DNA of 64,000 nucleotides from Octopus sinensis (lineage: Eukaryota), in contig NC_043003.1 in the NCBI RefSeq assembly GCF_006345805.1, positions 62,310,001 through 62,374,000 of the forward strand, given 5' to 3'. Within the stretch, counting starts at the first letter, position 1, and every line of letters starts with the position of its first letter. Position numbers and translations under genes: made by a program. The notes under the pieces are model-generated. The model did no database searches. It had not been told where the DNA came from and was given only the letters and a program-made list of their open reading frames with translations. Positions 52,380 to 64,000 of this stretch are shown piece after piece.

Positions 52380-52543
52380 AGGAGTGGTTGGCGTTAGGAA
52401 AGGCATCCAGCTGTAGAAACACTGCCAGATCAGACTGAGCCTGGTGCAGCCTCCTGGCTTCCCAGACCCCAGTCGAACCGTCCAACCCATGCTAGCATGG
52501 AAAGTGGACGTTAAACGATGATGATGATGATGATGATGATGAT
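52378..52543 (+). mobile_element. Young RTE 3' tail copy
   Basis: ggagtggttggcgttaggaaaggcatccagctg...ggacgttaaacgatgatgat. Confidence 0.85.
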
Positions 52544-52667
52544 CACGTGACCGACCAGACCATCAGATGTTGCTACACATCGCTAGTCACAATGTGTTCC
52601 CATTGTTTTAGCCTTCGAATGACGCCACCCTGCTGGCTAAGCGACCAGGCCAATATATATATATATA

Positions 52668-52888
52668 TCATCATCTTCATCGTTTAACATCCGTTTTCTG
52701 CGCTAGCATGGGTTGGACTGTTCGACCGAGGTCTGGGAAGCCAGGAGGCTGCACCAGGCTCCAGTTTGATCTGGCAGTGTCCAGCTGTAGAAACACTGTC
52801 AGATCAGACTGGAGCCTGGTGCAGCCTCCTGGCTTCCCACACCCCGGTCGAACCCAACCCGTGCTAGCACTGAAAACGGATGTTAAAC

Positions 52889-52921
<33 letters not shown>
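52668..52921. mobile_element. Head-to-head inverted pair of RTE 3' tails (fold-back)
   Basis: 52668-52780 is the near-perfect reverse complement of 52793-52900, with the loop ccagctgtagaa. Confidence 0.85.
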
Positions 52922-52928
52922 ATATATA

Positions 52929-52968
<40 letters not shown>

Positions 52969-53027
52969 GTATATATGTATATATATATGTATATATATAT
53001 ACATATATATGTATATATATATACATA

Positions 53028-53076
<49 letters not shown>

Positions 53077-53353
53077 GTATATATATATACATATATATAT
53101 ATATGCATGTATATACACATACTAAAATCACCCTTAGATTTATATGGCAAATGTATATACTGTCAGAAGAATTTAGCTGTCCTATTGAAGCTGTCAGTAT
53201 ATATAAACAGGCTTTCCACACAGCTATAAGAGTTTTAACTCTTATTTCTAGCAATAACTGTGCTTTTAGCACCCACAATTAGTGATGACTAAATTTTTCC
53301 TATATGGCTTTGGATTGTGACTACCTGCTTACATTATGTGTATATCTATCTAC

Positions 53354-53394
<41 letters not shown>

Positions 53395-53520
53395 ATCTAT
53401 CTATCTATCTGTCTGTCTATCTATCTATCTGTCTATCTGTCTGTCTATCTGTCTGTCTGTCTGCCTGCCTGTCTGTCTGCCTGTCTATCTATCTATCTAA
53501 ATAGCTATCTATCTATCTAT
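52921..53520. repeat. Compound microsatellites (TA)/(TATG)n and (TCTA)n/(TCTG)n
   Basis: Direct inspection. These tracts explain the YIYI and SIYL ORFs. Confidence 0.9.
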
Positions 53521-54012
53521 CAAGGCTAGAGAAGAAAGAGAGAGAGAGAGAGTGTGTGTGTGTGAGAGAGAGAGAGCAAGACATCAGGACAACCAGAATA
53601 TGTAGAGGGAGGAAAGGCGAGAGAATGAGTGCAAAAAAGCTGGGATATGTGGTGGGGTGGAATCAGTAGAGGAGTGATTGGTAATGGATGGATGTTGGGA
53701 TAGAGAAAGAATAGGTGTTGGGTGGCAACTGAAGTCCCTCCCCTAGAGGATGAGTACTGACTGGTAACACTACAAGGTGAAGCTAAAGTGTATTAGATTG
53801 AGGGACGAGGGTGGTCCAAGGCAGGTATGTGGGCCTAGGAAGGTGTGAGAAATCAAAGTCGGGTTAAAATGTGAGAAGCACAGAAGTGGTGGAGAAGTGA
53901 GAGATGGAGAGCTCTGAGGGATGAGAAGATAGGCATCATAGAGAGAAGTGAGCAATTAGTAGACAGGAGGGGTCAGGATGTAAGGTGAAGGAACAAGACT
54001 TAGCAAGGTACA

Positions 54013-54049
<37 letters not shown>

Positions 54050-54059
54050 TACATACATT

Positions 54060-54715
54060 CAGTATAGCAGAAGCCATAGCCACTCATAATAAAAAGGAGT
54101 ACTGGTGGAATGTCCCAGTGAAGACCTCAATAAAATGTAAACACAACAGATCTGATAATGATTTGGGATAGAGAAGAGAAACTGTGCACAGTTGTGGAAA
54201 TTAGCTGCTCAGCAAATGTTAACATAAAGCTGAAAATCAGTGAAAAAGAGTAACTATTGAGAAATCTGCAGTTACTCTATCCAGCTGACAAGTTCAGATT
54301 TATACCGGTAGTTATTGGGGCCCTGAGATATGTAACACCCTGCCTAAATACCAATCTTTAGAAATTAGGCTTCTCAAAACCAGTAAGGAGAAAGCTAATT
54401 CGAAGAAGACTACAGATCTAGTCCATCACTGGAACTGTAAAAAATAATCTGTAAAACTTTCCAGAAGTTTATTATTTTAATATATATGAGCATGTCTAGA
54501 TATGCAACTATATGCATAAAAATACAAACATAAAGCAAAATATACAAATCTGCACACATACATACATACATACAGACAGACAGACAAACAAAAAAACAAA
54601 CAAACAAAAATACCCTGTTGTTGATGCTGAAATTCCAATGAAGGAGCCTTGGATCTAGGTTAGTAACCTGCTATTTCTCTATTGGCAAGTAATCTTGAAA
54701 TAAAACTGAATAATG
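54060..54715 (+). mobile_element. 3' part of an R4/Dong-like non-LTR element (restriction-like endonuclease), flanked by (CA)n/(TACA)n
   Basis: KEYWWNVPVKTSIKCKHNRSD, then after a frameshift MIWDREEKLCTVVEISC (HNRPD...E-x-S-C RLE motif). The UTR ends aataaaactgaataatgac followed by (TACA)n. Confidence 0.75.
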
Positions 54716-55364
54716 ACATATGTACATAGATACATACATACATACATACATACATACATACATACATACATACAAACGTACATTCTCAAAACCCAATCTA
54801 TTAGTGGTATAGTAAAGGCATGTAAGACATTCTAAAAATTCCCCATCTGAGATTTTTAGGTGAATAGAAGCACACAATTGATTGTGTGCATTGACAACTC
54901 AAACTACACACCAACTCAACTGTATATTTACAAACACTAGGAACTTTCTTAACTCAAAATGTCTTGTCACTTTGTTAGCAACCAGCTTGAACTATGTGAA
55001 GAAGAATTTAGATAAAACTAAAAAAAAAAATGCATACATAACACAAAAGTTGTGCTAGAAGGCATGACATTACCCAAAGGTATGAGCATGGTAGATCAGT
55101 TCAACACTCTACATCTATCTAACATGCTTAGACAATCTTTATAATGTTAAATCAGCTTGTGTGTGGTGTCTGCCACTGTATATAGAAAAAAAAATCAAAA
55201 ATGTAACCTCTGTTAATGCTTTATATAATGTACATATTTTAGAAGAAAGGAAAAACACCAATTTTGCAAGTTTAAATGACCAGTAACATAGCAGATGCAG
55301 CCAGCCCTTCTCCTCAGCATTATTAGCAAAAAATACACTCCAAAGAGAGAAGCAGGCTGTTATA

Positions 55365-55516
55365 TACATCATCATTTAACGTCTGCTTTCCATGCTGGCA
55401 TGGGTTGGACGATTTGACTGAGGACTGGCGAGCCAGAATGGCTGCACCAGGCTCCAATCTAATCTGATTAGAGTTTCTACAGCTGGATGCCCTTCCTAAT
55501 GTCAACCACTCCAAGA
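55365..55516 (-). mobile_element. RTE 3' tail
   Basis: catcatttaacgtctgctttccatgctggcatggg...gcccttcctaatgtcaaccactcc. Confidence 0.8.
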
Positions 55517-55849
55517 GAGAACAGCTATGTTATCGTAGGAGAAAAAGAAAGGAGGGGGTGGTGCAAGGGTAAGAGAACATAAGAGAAGATGTGATGGAAC
55601 AAAAAAAAGAAAGGCTAATGCATATAATATCAATAAAATACTAATAATGATAATTGTAACAATAATTATACTAATACTACTAATAATGATATTTCGTTAT
55701 TACTATCATTATTATTTTTATATCATTACTGCTATTTTGATTTTATGGCTTTTTATTGTTATTGGTGTTCTTTGTGTTGCTTTTATTATTTTGCATTGTC
55801 TTACTACTACTACTGCTACTACTACTACTACTACCACCACTATTATGAT

Positions 55850-56340
55850 GGTCTGCATTGGCAGACAAACATTAGCCTCTTTCAAGTCTTTGATCATATA
55901 TAAGAGTGAGGAGCTTAATAAGCAAAGTAAGCAAACCACTTTGTCATTTGGACATTTGTGTTACCAATGCCTTCTCAAACAGGAACCTTTGCATTTTAAT
56001 GAAGATCAACATTTACCAAACTGTCTGAATATATGAGTGCAAAAGGTGGCGGCTTTACAGAAAACCAAATCAGAACACTACAAGCTTTGTATAAGGTATA
56101 TCATTGTATAAAGTATATCAATGCAGTCACTTGGAAAGGCAACAATCTCTCATACAGAAATTGTCAAGCATACCTTATCTATTAGTTTCCAAGCAAAGGT
56201 CATGAAGAATATTCTCTGCTGGACCAGCCACATAATCCAGATGGAGCAGTCCTATTGCCAAGAATAGTACAATAGTATTCTTTGGTGAGCTAACAAAGAG
56301 CTCTCATCAATGTGATGGTTTCTGAGAAATGGTGTCACAT
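55850..56340 (+). mobile_element. Decayed RTE/BovB-like LINE C-terminal fragment
   Basis: EELNSKVSK..., KINIYQTV and LCWTSHIIQME...FFGELTK readings. Confidence 0.5.
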
Positions 56341-56520
56341 ATACATACTAATTTGGTATGTGATGGAACATAAATGGCGGTGCCCCAGCATGGCCACAGC
56401 TCATAAGCTGAAACTAGAATCAATCAATCAATCATAAGATGGAGAGGGCAATGTTGTTGGATTGATGGATAGTCATAATATGTGTGCATATACATACATA
56501 TGTATATGTCTCTAAGTATG

Positions 56521-56553
<33 letters not shown>

Positions 56554-57062
56554 TATATATATAATATATATATATATATATAAAGAAACTAAATGAGAAG
56601 TTGTTTTACATCAACACAAATTTCTGCCATCCAGCCATAGGCATCAACAATGGAATTTTTTAGAAATTTCTGTCGACCTTTTTTGGAGTAGTATGCGTAC
56701 TGTGAAAAATTATAATGGTTATGGACTATGTGTCTAATTTTCGGCATATTTGGCACTAGAAAATTTTTTGGTTTGCCCTCATTTATAAGTTGTTTATAAA
56801 TTTAACCTTTAAAGGTATTTTTTAATATGCTGGCCATTGATAAAATTTTTTTTTGAAAAACATTTTATCCTACATTAAATATATATATATATATAAAGAA
56901 TATGAGAGGTTTAGTTCACTGGTGATCTAAAATGGATAAGCTGTGTAAGTGCTATAATTGGTTATCCATTAGGTTCCAAGTTTACAGCTGAGACTGGAGC
57001 TAGGGATCCATAGTAAGCTTCCGAGATAGCAGGGATATATTAGAGTAATAAAGACAACAAAA

Positions 57063-57400
57063 CCAAGGCAGGATGAGTATCTCAAGTCATTTAGAATATT
57101 TAAGTAGAGTAAGGTGAAATTGAAGTTATTAATTAATTAGTTAGTTAATTAATTAATCATTGGATTCTTACAGCTGTTTCTGGAATATCTCAAGTGATAG
57201 GTTGGCATCCTCATACACTGGGTATTCTGTCATCAGAGACAAGGTGAGTGTGTAGGAACGTTCTCACAAAATTCACAGAAACAACTGTATGACATTTAAT
57301 AATTAATTAATTGATTAACTAATTAATTAGCTAATTATTTCAAATTCACCTTACACTAATTAAATATTCTAAATGACTTGAGGTACTCATTCTATCTTGG
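57063..57400. repeat. ~95-bp inverted repeat with ~145-bp spacer (MITE-like)
   Basis: 57063-57157 against the reverse complement of 57302-57400, including an exact ctcaagtcatttagaatatttaa match. Confidence 0.85.
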
Positions 57401-57623
57401 CGTTGTGTTGTGTTCTTGAGCAAAGCACTTAATTTCAGGTCAATCTGCAATCATTTCATCATGTGACACCTGTTGCACCTGTACAGGTAGTGTCAATTTG
57501 ATGGAGGGAATGAGCTTATGTGTACACAAGCATTTGATCACTATAAACAAATCATCTGTGTGGTTGTTTGTTAAAAAATTTGTCAAACCCTCATACGTCA
57601 CCTAACAACAGATGACTCTATTG

Positions 57624-57663
<40 letters not shown>

Positions 57664-58013
57664 TACTAAATTATTAGCAATGGAAGTAGTATTAGTACCA
57701 AAGGCCAATCTTTATATTCAACTTAACATGGCCTTGAGAAATCCCCTCATATAAGCACATGGTACATAAAGGTATGGACAGGAACTGTAGCAGATAAGAA
57801 TTGTCTGTTTCAGGCACCTGCTGGTTATTTGCAATTTACATGTACTTTTTATCTACTATGTGCCTATATGAGAAGACCTCTCAAAGCCAATATTGCAGTA
57901 TTCAATGTTCTAACAAGACAACCATGTTAAGTTGGATGTAAAGATATATATTTTTATACCTCTGTCTACATATGTAAGCCTTTGTATGCATGATACACAT
58001 ACACACACATAGA

Positions 58014-58500
58014 TGAGGGACAGTCAAAAATTATATGCACTCTTGTTTTTTCCACATATTTACTCAAAAGCAGGGGATAATCGAATACGTCATTTTTATA
58101 TATAGTCCCCTTTCTTTTTGATGCACTTAGTCCAACAGTCCACAAGCTTGCGTATTCCCTCCAAGAAGAAGGTTTTCGGTTGGTCATGCAACCATTTATG
58201 CACCACTTCCTTCACATTGTCATCCATAAGAAATTGATGGCCTCATAAACCATCTTTGAGTGGTCCAAAGATATGATAATTGGAAGGTGCAAGATCTGGA
58301 CAGTAAGCAGGGTGTTTCAGCACCTTAAAACCCAATTGGTTAATGGTTTCAATGGTCTGGATGGCTGTGTGTGAGCACACATTGTCATGTGACAACAAAA
58401 CTTCCTTTGACAATAGACTTTAGCATTTAGTGTGAATTGCTGGCTTCAGTTTGTTGACCAGCAAAGCACTGTATATTGCACTGTTGATCGTACACCCCTT
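58014..58500 (-). mobile_element. Mariner transposase 3' fragment with terminal repeat
   Basis: The minus strand gives LLSHDNVCSHT...HPAYCPDLAPSNYHIFGPLK...WTKCI. The terminus tgagggacagtcaaaaat is mariner-like. Confidence 0.75.
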
Positions 58501-59039
58501 TTCTAGAGAAATCAGATCACTGCTCTTTGTTCTTCTTTGGTGCACATTGCCAGTGGAGTGGCCATGTTTGCATTGTAAAGCCAGATAGAAAAATGGTGTA
58601 ATCAAGCTCAAATTTTGATCATGTGACCACAATAGTACCAACTATAAGCATGCATGTACAGAAGGCAGTGTGACAATAATAACGATATGTTATGGTGAAA
58701 GAGCAGATAATCTTTGACTTCCCCTCGTATACATATAATTAAGATAAACCAAGTAATGATAATTTGAATGCATTTAATATGTATGTTTCAGATAATTGTG
58801 CAGTGGATAAAAAAAGATTCACTTCTTATGCAAAGTCTTCCTCAGCTAAAATGTATCAAAATATCAAATATATGCATGCACACACACACATGTGTATGTA
58901 TGTACGTAATGTATATCTGTGTGTGTGTGTATTATCAAAATATATCAAGTAGATTATATGTTTGCCTTATAATCAACAATTTTTTTCTATTATAACCATG
59001 GAAAACTTCAGGAACATAAATCCAAGTGAAGAATGCTAA

Positions 59040-59560
59040 ACAACTTCATCTTTATGGTTGTATAACATTCCTTGTGGACAGTGAAAAAGGGTATTTTGGT
59101 TGTGCTGGACAACAGTATTTTCCTCAGTAGATTTTACATCTATGTGGATATCCACTGTCATATTAACATGCTGCAAATTTGGTGTAGTATCTTGATCCTG
59201 TTATATATTTGCAGCAAAGATTGATATTTCTAAATTTTTATTTGTGGATGTTTGCTTTCTGAATTCTTATAACTTTATTGTTATCATTAGGCAGGTTATT
59301 AATTTTTCTTTATCCACCACAACAGATAGATTGTTCTCACCATTTTTACATATGATGTTAGCATTACTTTTATAATCTCTGGAGCTGTTTTCAATTTTCT
59401 GTTAGGCACACATCAATAAAAAGTACTTATCTATTGGTTCTTACTTTTTACCCCAGAGGATATCTTGAAGTTTGTCAGCTATTTTTATTATGTTTTTATC
59501 TCTGGTTTTCTCTGAGGACTAGTAGTTTGAATTCCCCTTGTCTTTCACTTTAGGTCATAT
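59040..59560 (-). mobile_element. Decayed Penelope-like RT N-terminal fragment
   Basis: NNLSVVVDKEK (KADKGNxxVxxDK-like) and TVHKEC (PKxHK-like) readings with many stops. Confidence 0.3.
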
Positions 59561-59627
59561 TTCCAATAAAACCAGAAATTAGTACCAAGGTTGAGAACTT
59601 AAAACCAAGTTTATCCAAATGTTAAAT

Positions 59628-59797
59628 TCATCATCATCATCATCGTCGTTTAACGTCCGTTCTCCATGCTAGCATGGGTTGGACGGTTCGACCGGGGTTC
59701 TGGGAAGCCAGAAGGCTGCACCAGGCTCCAGTCTAATTTGGCAATGTTTCTACAGCTGGATGCCCTTCCTAACGCCAACCACTCCGTGGTTGGCGTT
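59628..59797 (-). mobile_element. Young RTE 3' tail with 5' fold-back
   Basis: Close to the consensus tail, and ends in the hairpin aacgccaaccac-tcc-gtggttggcgtt. Confidence 0.85.
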
Positions 59798-59986
59798 ATA
59801 TAAGCAAAAATCTAGGGTAGCTATGGGTTCTCTACTAAGTCACATTTTTGTTATATTCTACATGTTCACAATATAAGCCAAATGAGACCAATGCATAATT
59901 ATATAATATATGATAATTATGTTAACAATATACTTGTCATAATAAAAGTACTGAAAGATTTAATGAGATTAAAAGACAGCTTAATA

Positions 59987-61311
59987 TCAGGTCATCCCAT
60001 AAGTTCTGTTCGATTTTACCTTTTTTAAAATTGAATGAAATTTAATAGTATTTTAGAATATCTAATGGAATTAAAGATCATTTGTATGCATTTGTATACA
60101 TTTAAACTAATTAAATATTATTTTACAGAATGATAGAATTACAATTTCTTTGATTAAAACCCTTTCTAACATGGAAGTATCCAAAGAGCATTTGAGGCAC
60201 ATAATGCTTTATGAGTACGAAAAAGGAAACTCTGCAGCCGAAGTGACTCGAAACATACACTCAGTTTATGGGAAAGAATGCTTGAATGAAAGAACTTGCA
60301 GAAGATGGTTTGCAAAATTCAGAAGTGGAGATTTCAGCCTTGAAGATGAAGATCGAACAGGACTTCCAGTTAAGTTTGATGATAGGCCCCTTGAGACATT
60401 ACTTAAAGAAAATCCTGCATTACCAGTTGAAGAATTGGCAATAAGTTTAGTTCAAACCATACAACTGTTCATCATCATCTTCAACAACTTGGAAAGGTTC
60501 CTAAACTTGGAAAATGGGTGCCTCATGAATTGTCCGAAAGCAACCACAAATCCCAAGTTGACATCTGCTCTTCTCTCCATTATCGCAAACTCATTTCACC
60601 TTTTTTGGATAGACTTGTGACTGGTGACAAAAAATGGATCTTCTATTGAAGTGCCCCAGCATGGCCGCGGCCTTCGGGCTAAAACATTTTTAAGGATTTA
60701 AGGATCGTAAACAGTGGCTTGGTAAAAGGGGAAAAGCTCAACTATGACCAAAAAGGGAACTTCATGGGAAAAAGGTTCTTCTCTCTATCTGGTGGGATTG
60801 CAAAGGAGTAATTCACTTTGAATTGTTACCACCTAATGCAACAATCAATGCTCAAGTCTACTGTTAGCGATTAGAGCATTTGTACCAAGCTTTGAAGAAA
60901 AGACCTGCTTTAGTGAATCGAAAAGGGGTGATGTTTCACCAGGACAATGTGTGACCCCACACTGCAAGGATCACATCACAGAAGATCGATGAACTTGGTT
61001 GGGAAAAATTACACAGCCACCTTATTCTCCTAATCTTGCTCCTTCAGACTACCATTTGTTTCATAGTTTACAGAATCATTTGGGAACATAACTTTCACAA
61101 GCCAGGAGGATGTCGAAACTGACATTTCATAGTTCTTTGCATTGAAACCAAAAGAGTTTTACATTGATGGGATTAAAAAGCTTGTAAATAGATGGAAGGA
61201 AGTCATAGATAATCAGGAAAAGTACATTGAGGATTAAATTTCAATTAAATATAACATTAGATCATTGTATTCTTTATTCAAACTTTGGACAGAACTTATG
61301 GGATGACCTGA
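59987..61311 (+). mobile_element. Full-length mariner element (1325 bp), TA TSD, ~25-bp TIRs
   Basis: TA|tcaggtcatcccataagttctgttc ... ggacagaacttatgggatgacctga|TA. Confidence 0.92.
60171..61237 (+). pseudogene. Inactivated mariner transposase (D,D34D-type)
   Basis: MEVSKEHLRHIMLYEY...RRWFAKFRSGDFSLED (HTH region), VTGDKKWIFY, SIWWDCKG, HQDN and YSPNLAPSDY. It carries frameshifts, in-frame stops and a ~54-bp insertion at about 60651-60704. Confidence 0.9.
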
Positions 61312-61990
61312 TAGTTTAATAAACAAATGTTTTAAAATTCAATACCCAGAATAGTCTCAATAAAAGTCTTAGGGATACTTTAATTCCATTTCTAGACATA
61401 AACTTTGAGATAAAAAAAAAAAAAAAAACATATTACATCCTCTCCTTGTACACTAAAACCTCCAGTATCTACTTATGCTTACATAGAGATAGGGAATATC
61501 TACATAAATATTAAATATCTGTAGTGAAATTTTTACATTGATGAATATTTTACCTTTTCCATAAAACACCACACAGAGAAATCTAAAGACAAAAACAAAC
61601 AGGTATCAGCAATATGTATTTAAACAAGCTGGTAGACCAGACTACAAATAATACAGAAACAAATTCAAAGAGACAAATGCATCAGGCACTACACAGTAAT
61701 AAGATAAAAATCACACATAGCATGTATTATTTAAATATATTCTAGCTATACTAAATCTGTGGTTTTTAATCTGGGGAGTAGCTCCTTATATGGGCATTGT
61801 AAGATCACAATGTGGCAGAAAATTCTGATATAAGAGGGTGTTGTGGAAGCCATGTGATTTGGATTCAATCTTACAGTACAGTAACTTGGACATGTGCTTT
61901 CTGCAATAGCTGACCAAAACTTTGTGAGTGGATTTGGTTAATGGAAACTGAAGGAAGTCCATTGTGCCTAAATATACATTTATATACATA

Positions 61991-62205
61991 TGAGGTGTTG
62001 AAAAGTTCCTGGCTTTAAGAGTATCGGGGAAAGTCCTGGTTAGAGGCCCAGCCTTCCAAGTATTTTATCAGGGCTTAAGAAAATAAAAAGACTGCTGCAG
62101 TAAGTGTGTGAATCTGAGAGGGAAATATGTTGAATAAAATCATAATAAACTGATTCTCCTGTATTTTCTTTTACCAAAAGCCAGAAACTCTTCAGCGCCC
62201 TTTTG
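61991..62205. mobile_element. Mariner-derived MITE
   Basis: TA|tgaggtgttgaaaagttcctggcttt ... aaagccagaaactcttcagcgcccttttg|TA, with imperfect TIRs. Confidence 0.65.
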
Positions 62206-63076
62206 TACATATGCATGCGTGTACAGTATACACCTATGTAATTGTGTCAATTAAGTCAAACCTTTTCTTGTTATCACATGATGATTGTAATTAGATGTCA
62301 ATGTTACACAAGTGACATCTTCCATTTCAAATCCGCAAAAAACATGTCTGACCATGAAGAAATATTTTCTTGCTTAGAAACAGGCAATAACGACAGATAT
62401 TTGACCATAGAAATTTGACTCAATATACTTTGATTGCCCCATGCAAGCATGGAAAGTGGATATTGAAATGATGTTAATGATGATGATAAAGTTCTAATCT
62501 TTTATGGTAATTTCCACGAAATTTTCACAAGGGGCACGAGTCAATGCCCATATCTAAAAAGAAAGCACATACTAGAAGAGATAGTGCAGGCAAATATTGA
62601 TAACAAATCACTGCACAAAATTAGCTTCTATTTGCTTAATGTAAGCTCTCGTTTTGTGATGTTTTTCGATTTTCTACTCCAAAATATGAGAAAGGTTTTT
62701 TCTTCTGAAACCTTATTCTGTGAAAAAGCAAGCTGCTTTACAAGTTTGGAATAACTGCAGTAGATGAATGCAATATGAAAAATTCATAAAACTGAGTGCA
62801 AAAAGCATTGCATACAAACCATCTATTACTACAAAGAGTAAAAAAAAAGAAAAAACTTTCTTTCAGTAAGAAAGCACATACTTTAAAGTCTATGAACATG
62901 TTGCAAGTGAGAAATGTTATTTACAAATTAGATTTTCACTTTGAAAGGTGTAAAGTAATAAAGCCACTACTCTAGTAACCATATTGGTCATACAACTATA
63001 AGTGTCCTTGTGGCCTACTATATATGCACACATTACACACACACATGCACGTGTGTACACACACACACACACATGC

Positions 63077-63390
63077 ATGCATATGGCTCAGCAGTTAGAG
63101 GGTCACGCTCACAATCATGGGGTAGTGAGTTTGATTCCTTAACTGGGTTGTGTGTTGTGTTCTTAAGCAAGACGCTTCATTTCACATTGCTCCAGTTCAT
63201 TCAGCTGTAGAAATGGCTTACAAGGTCACTGGTACCAAGCTGCATCAGCCCCTTTGCCTTTCCCTTGGATAACATCTGTGGCATGGAGAGGAGAGGCTGA
63301 TATGCATGGGCAGCTGTTGGTCTTGTGCCTCAGAGGGTAATTTTCTAGGTGCAATCTCATGGTCATTCATGACTAAAGGGAGTCTTTACT

Positions 63391-63393
<3 letters not shown>
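63077..63393 (+). mobile_element. tRNA-derived SINE, same family as 14467-14806
   Basis: tggctcagcagttagag...gagtttgattcc...ttcttaagcaagacgctt...gtgcaatctcatggtcattcatgac. Confidence 0.8.
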
Positions 63394-63444
<51 letters not shown>

Positions 63445-63559
63445 GTGTGTGTGTGCACGCATGTGTGTATACATACACATATATTTACATACATATATAT
63501 ATGCACACATACTTATGCATATATATATATATATACCAGATTCTATTTTCACATTTCAA

Positions 63560-64000
63560 GCTTTGATAAATGGTTCCAACAAATGACATGCAAAAGTATA
63601 TCCCATCAAATTCTTATTGTCTGCTGCCATCATTGTGCCAGAAGCTCAAATCCACACTTATACCATTTGGCTGGTTTGGAAGTAAAATCTCCATGCACCC
63701 ATTTTTAACCTCATCCACATTGCTGAACCTCTGTCCTTGCAAGAAATGAGCCATGGCTTAGAAAAGGTGGTTATCTGATGTTGCAAGGTCTGGACTATAA
63801 ACAGGGTGAAGTAGCACTTCCAGCTTCTCAAGTTTGTGCATAATCACATTGGCTGTGTGTGCTGGGGCTTTGTCATGCTGTAAGAGTGCATGTCTTTGAC
63901 CAATGCCAGGTAGCCAGCTTTCAAAGCATCATATATTCACTACAGTCGTTGGACGTAAAGGTTAGCGCTCACAGCATTACCACCTAGGACAAGCTCAAAG
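63560..64000 (-). mobile_element. Mariner transposase 3' fragment (third family), runs off the window
   Basis: The minus strand gives LQHDKAPAHTA...LLHPVYSPDLATSDNHLF...RFSNVDEVK. Confidence 0.75.

Noticed and set aside
52864-53529. Many ORFs rich in YI, SIYL, HT, CV or poly-I/poly-T, here and elsewhere
   Set aside because: They are translations of microsatellites.
54620-54690. Hammerhead-like spacing (ccaatga...gtaacc...attgg) in the RLE element 3' UTR
   Set aside because: Both conserved core strands deviate (no CUGANGA, no GAAA), so it is not supportable.

Overview
AT-rich, microsatellite-dense eukaryotic DNA, almost all non-coding. Its tRNA-derived SINEs (including Nin-domain copies) and (GAT)n-tailed RTE 3' ends resemble Octopus repeats, so a coleoid cephalopod source is inferred, not proven. 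There is no intact protein-coding gene. Most ORFs in the track are microsatellite read-throughs or antisense shadows. The identifiable coding remnants are all transposon debris: RTE, I/Jockey-group, CR1-like and R4/Dong-like non-LTR elements, Penelope-like elements (PLEs), a hAT transposase, three mariner copies (one full length), MITEs and a probable non-autonomous Helitron. One good host exon candidate lies at 33242-33368 (+), so the window may be largely intronic. The most interesting signals are: a PLE 3' end carrying a minimal hammerhead ribozyme with a variant core; several fold-back hairpins at retroelement junctions; a splice-flanked 70-nt segment in the loop of a ~95-bp inverted repeat; a long diverged fold-back element; a 751-bp near-identical tandem duplication; and an A/B higher-order minisatellite in an RTE 3' UTR. 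I see no clear evidence of a wholly new biological system. All repeat family calls come from motif recognition, not database searches, and coordinates of decayed elements are approximate.
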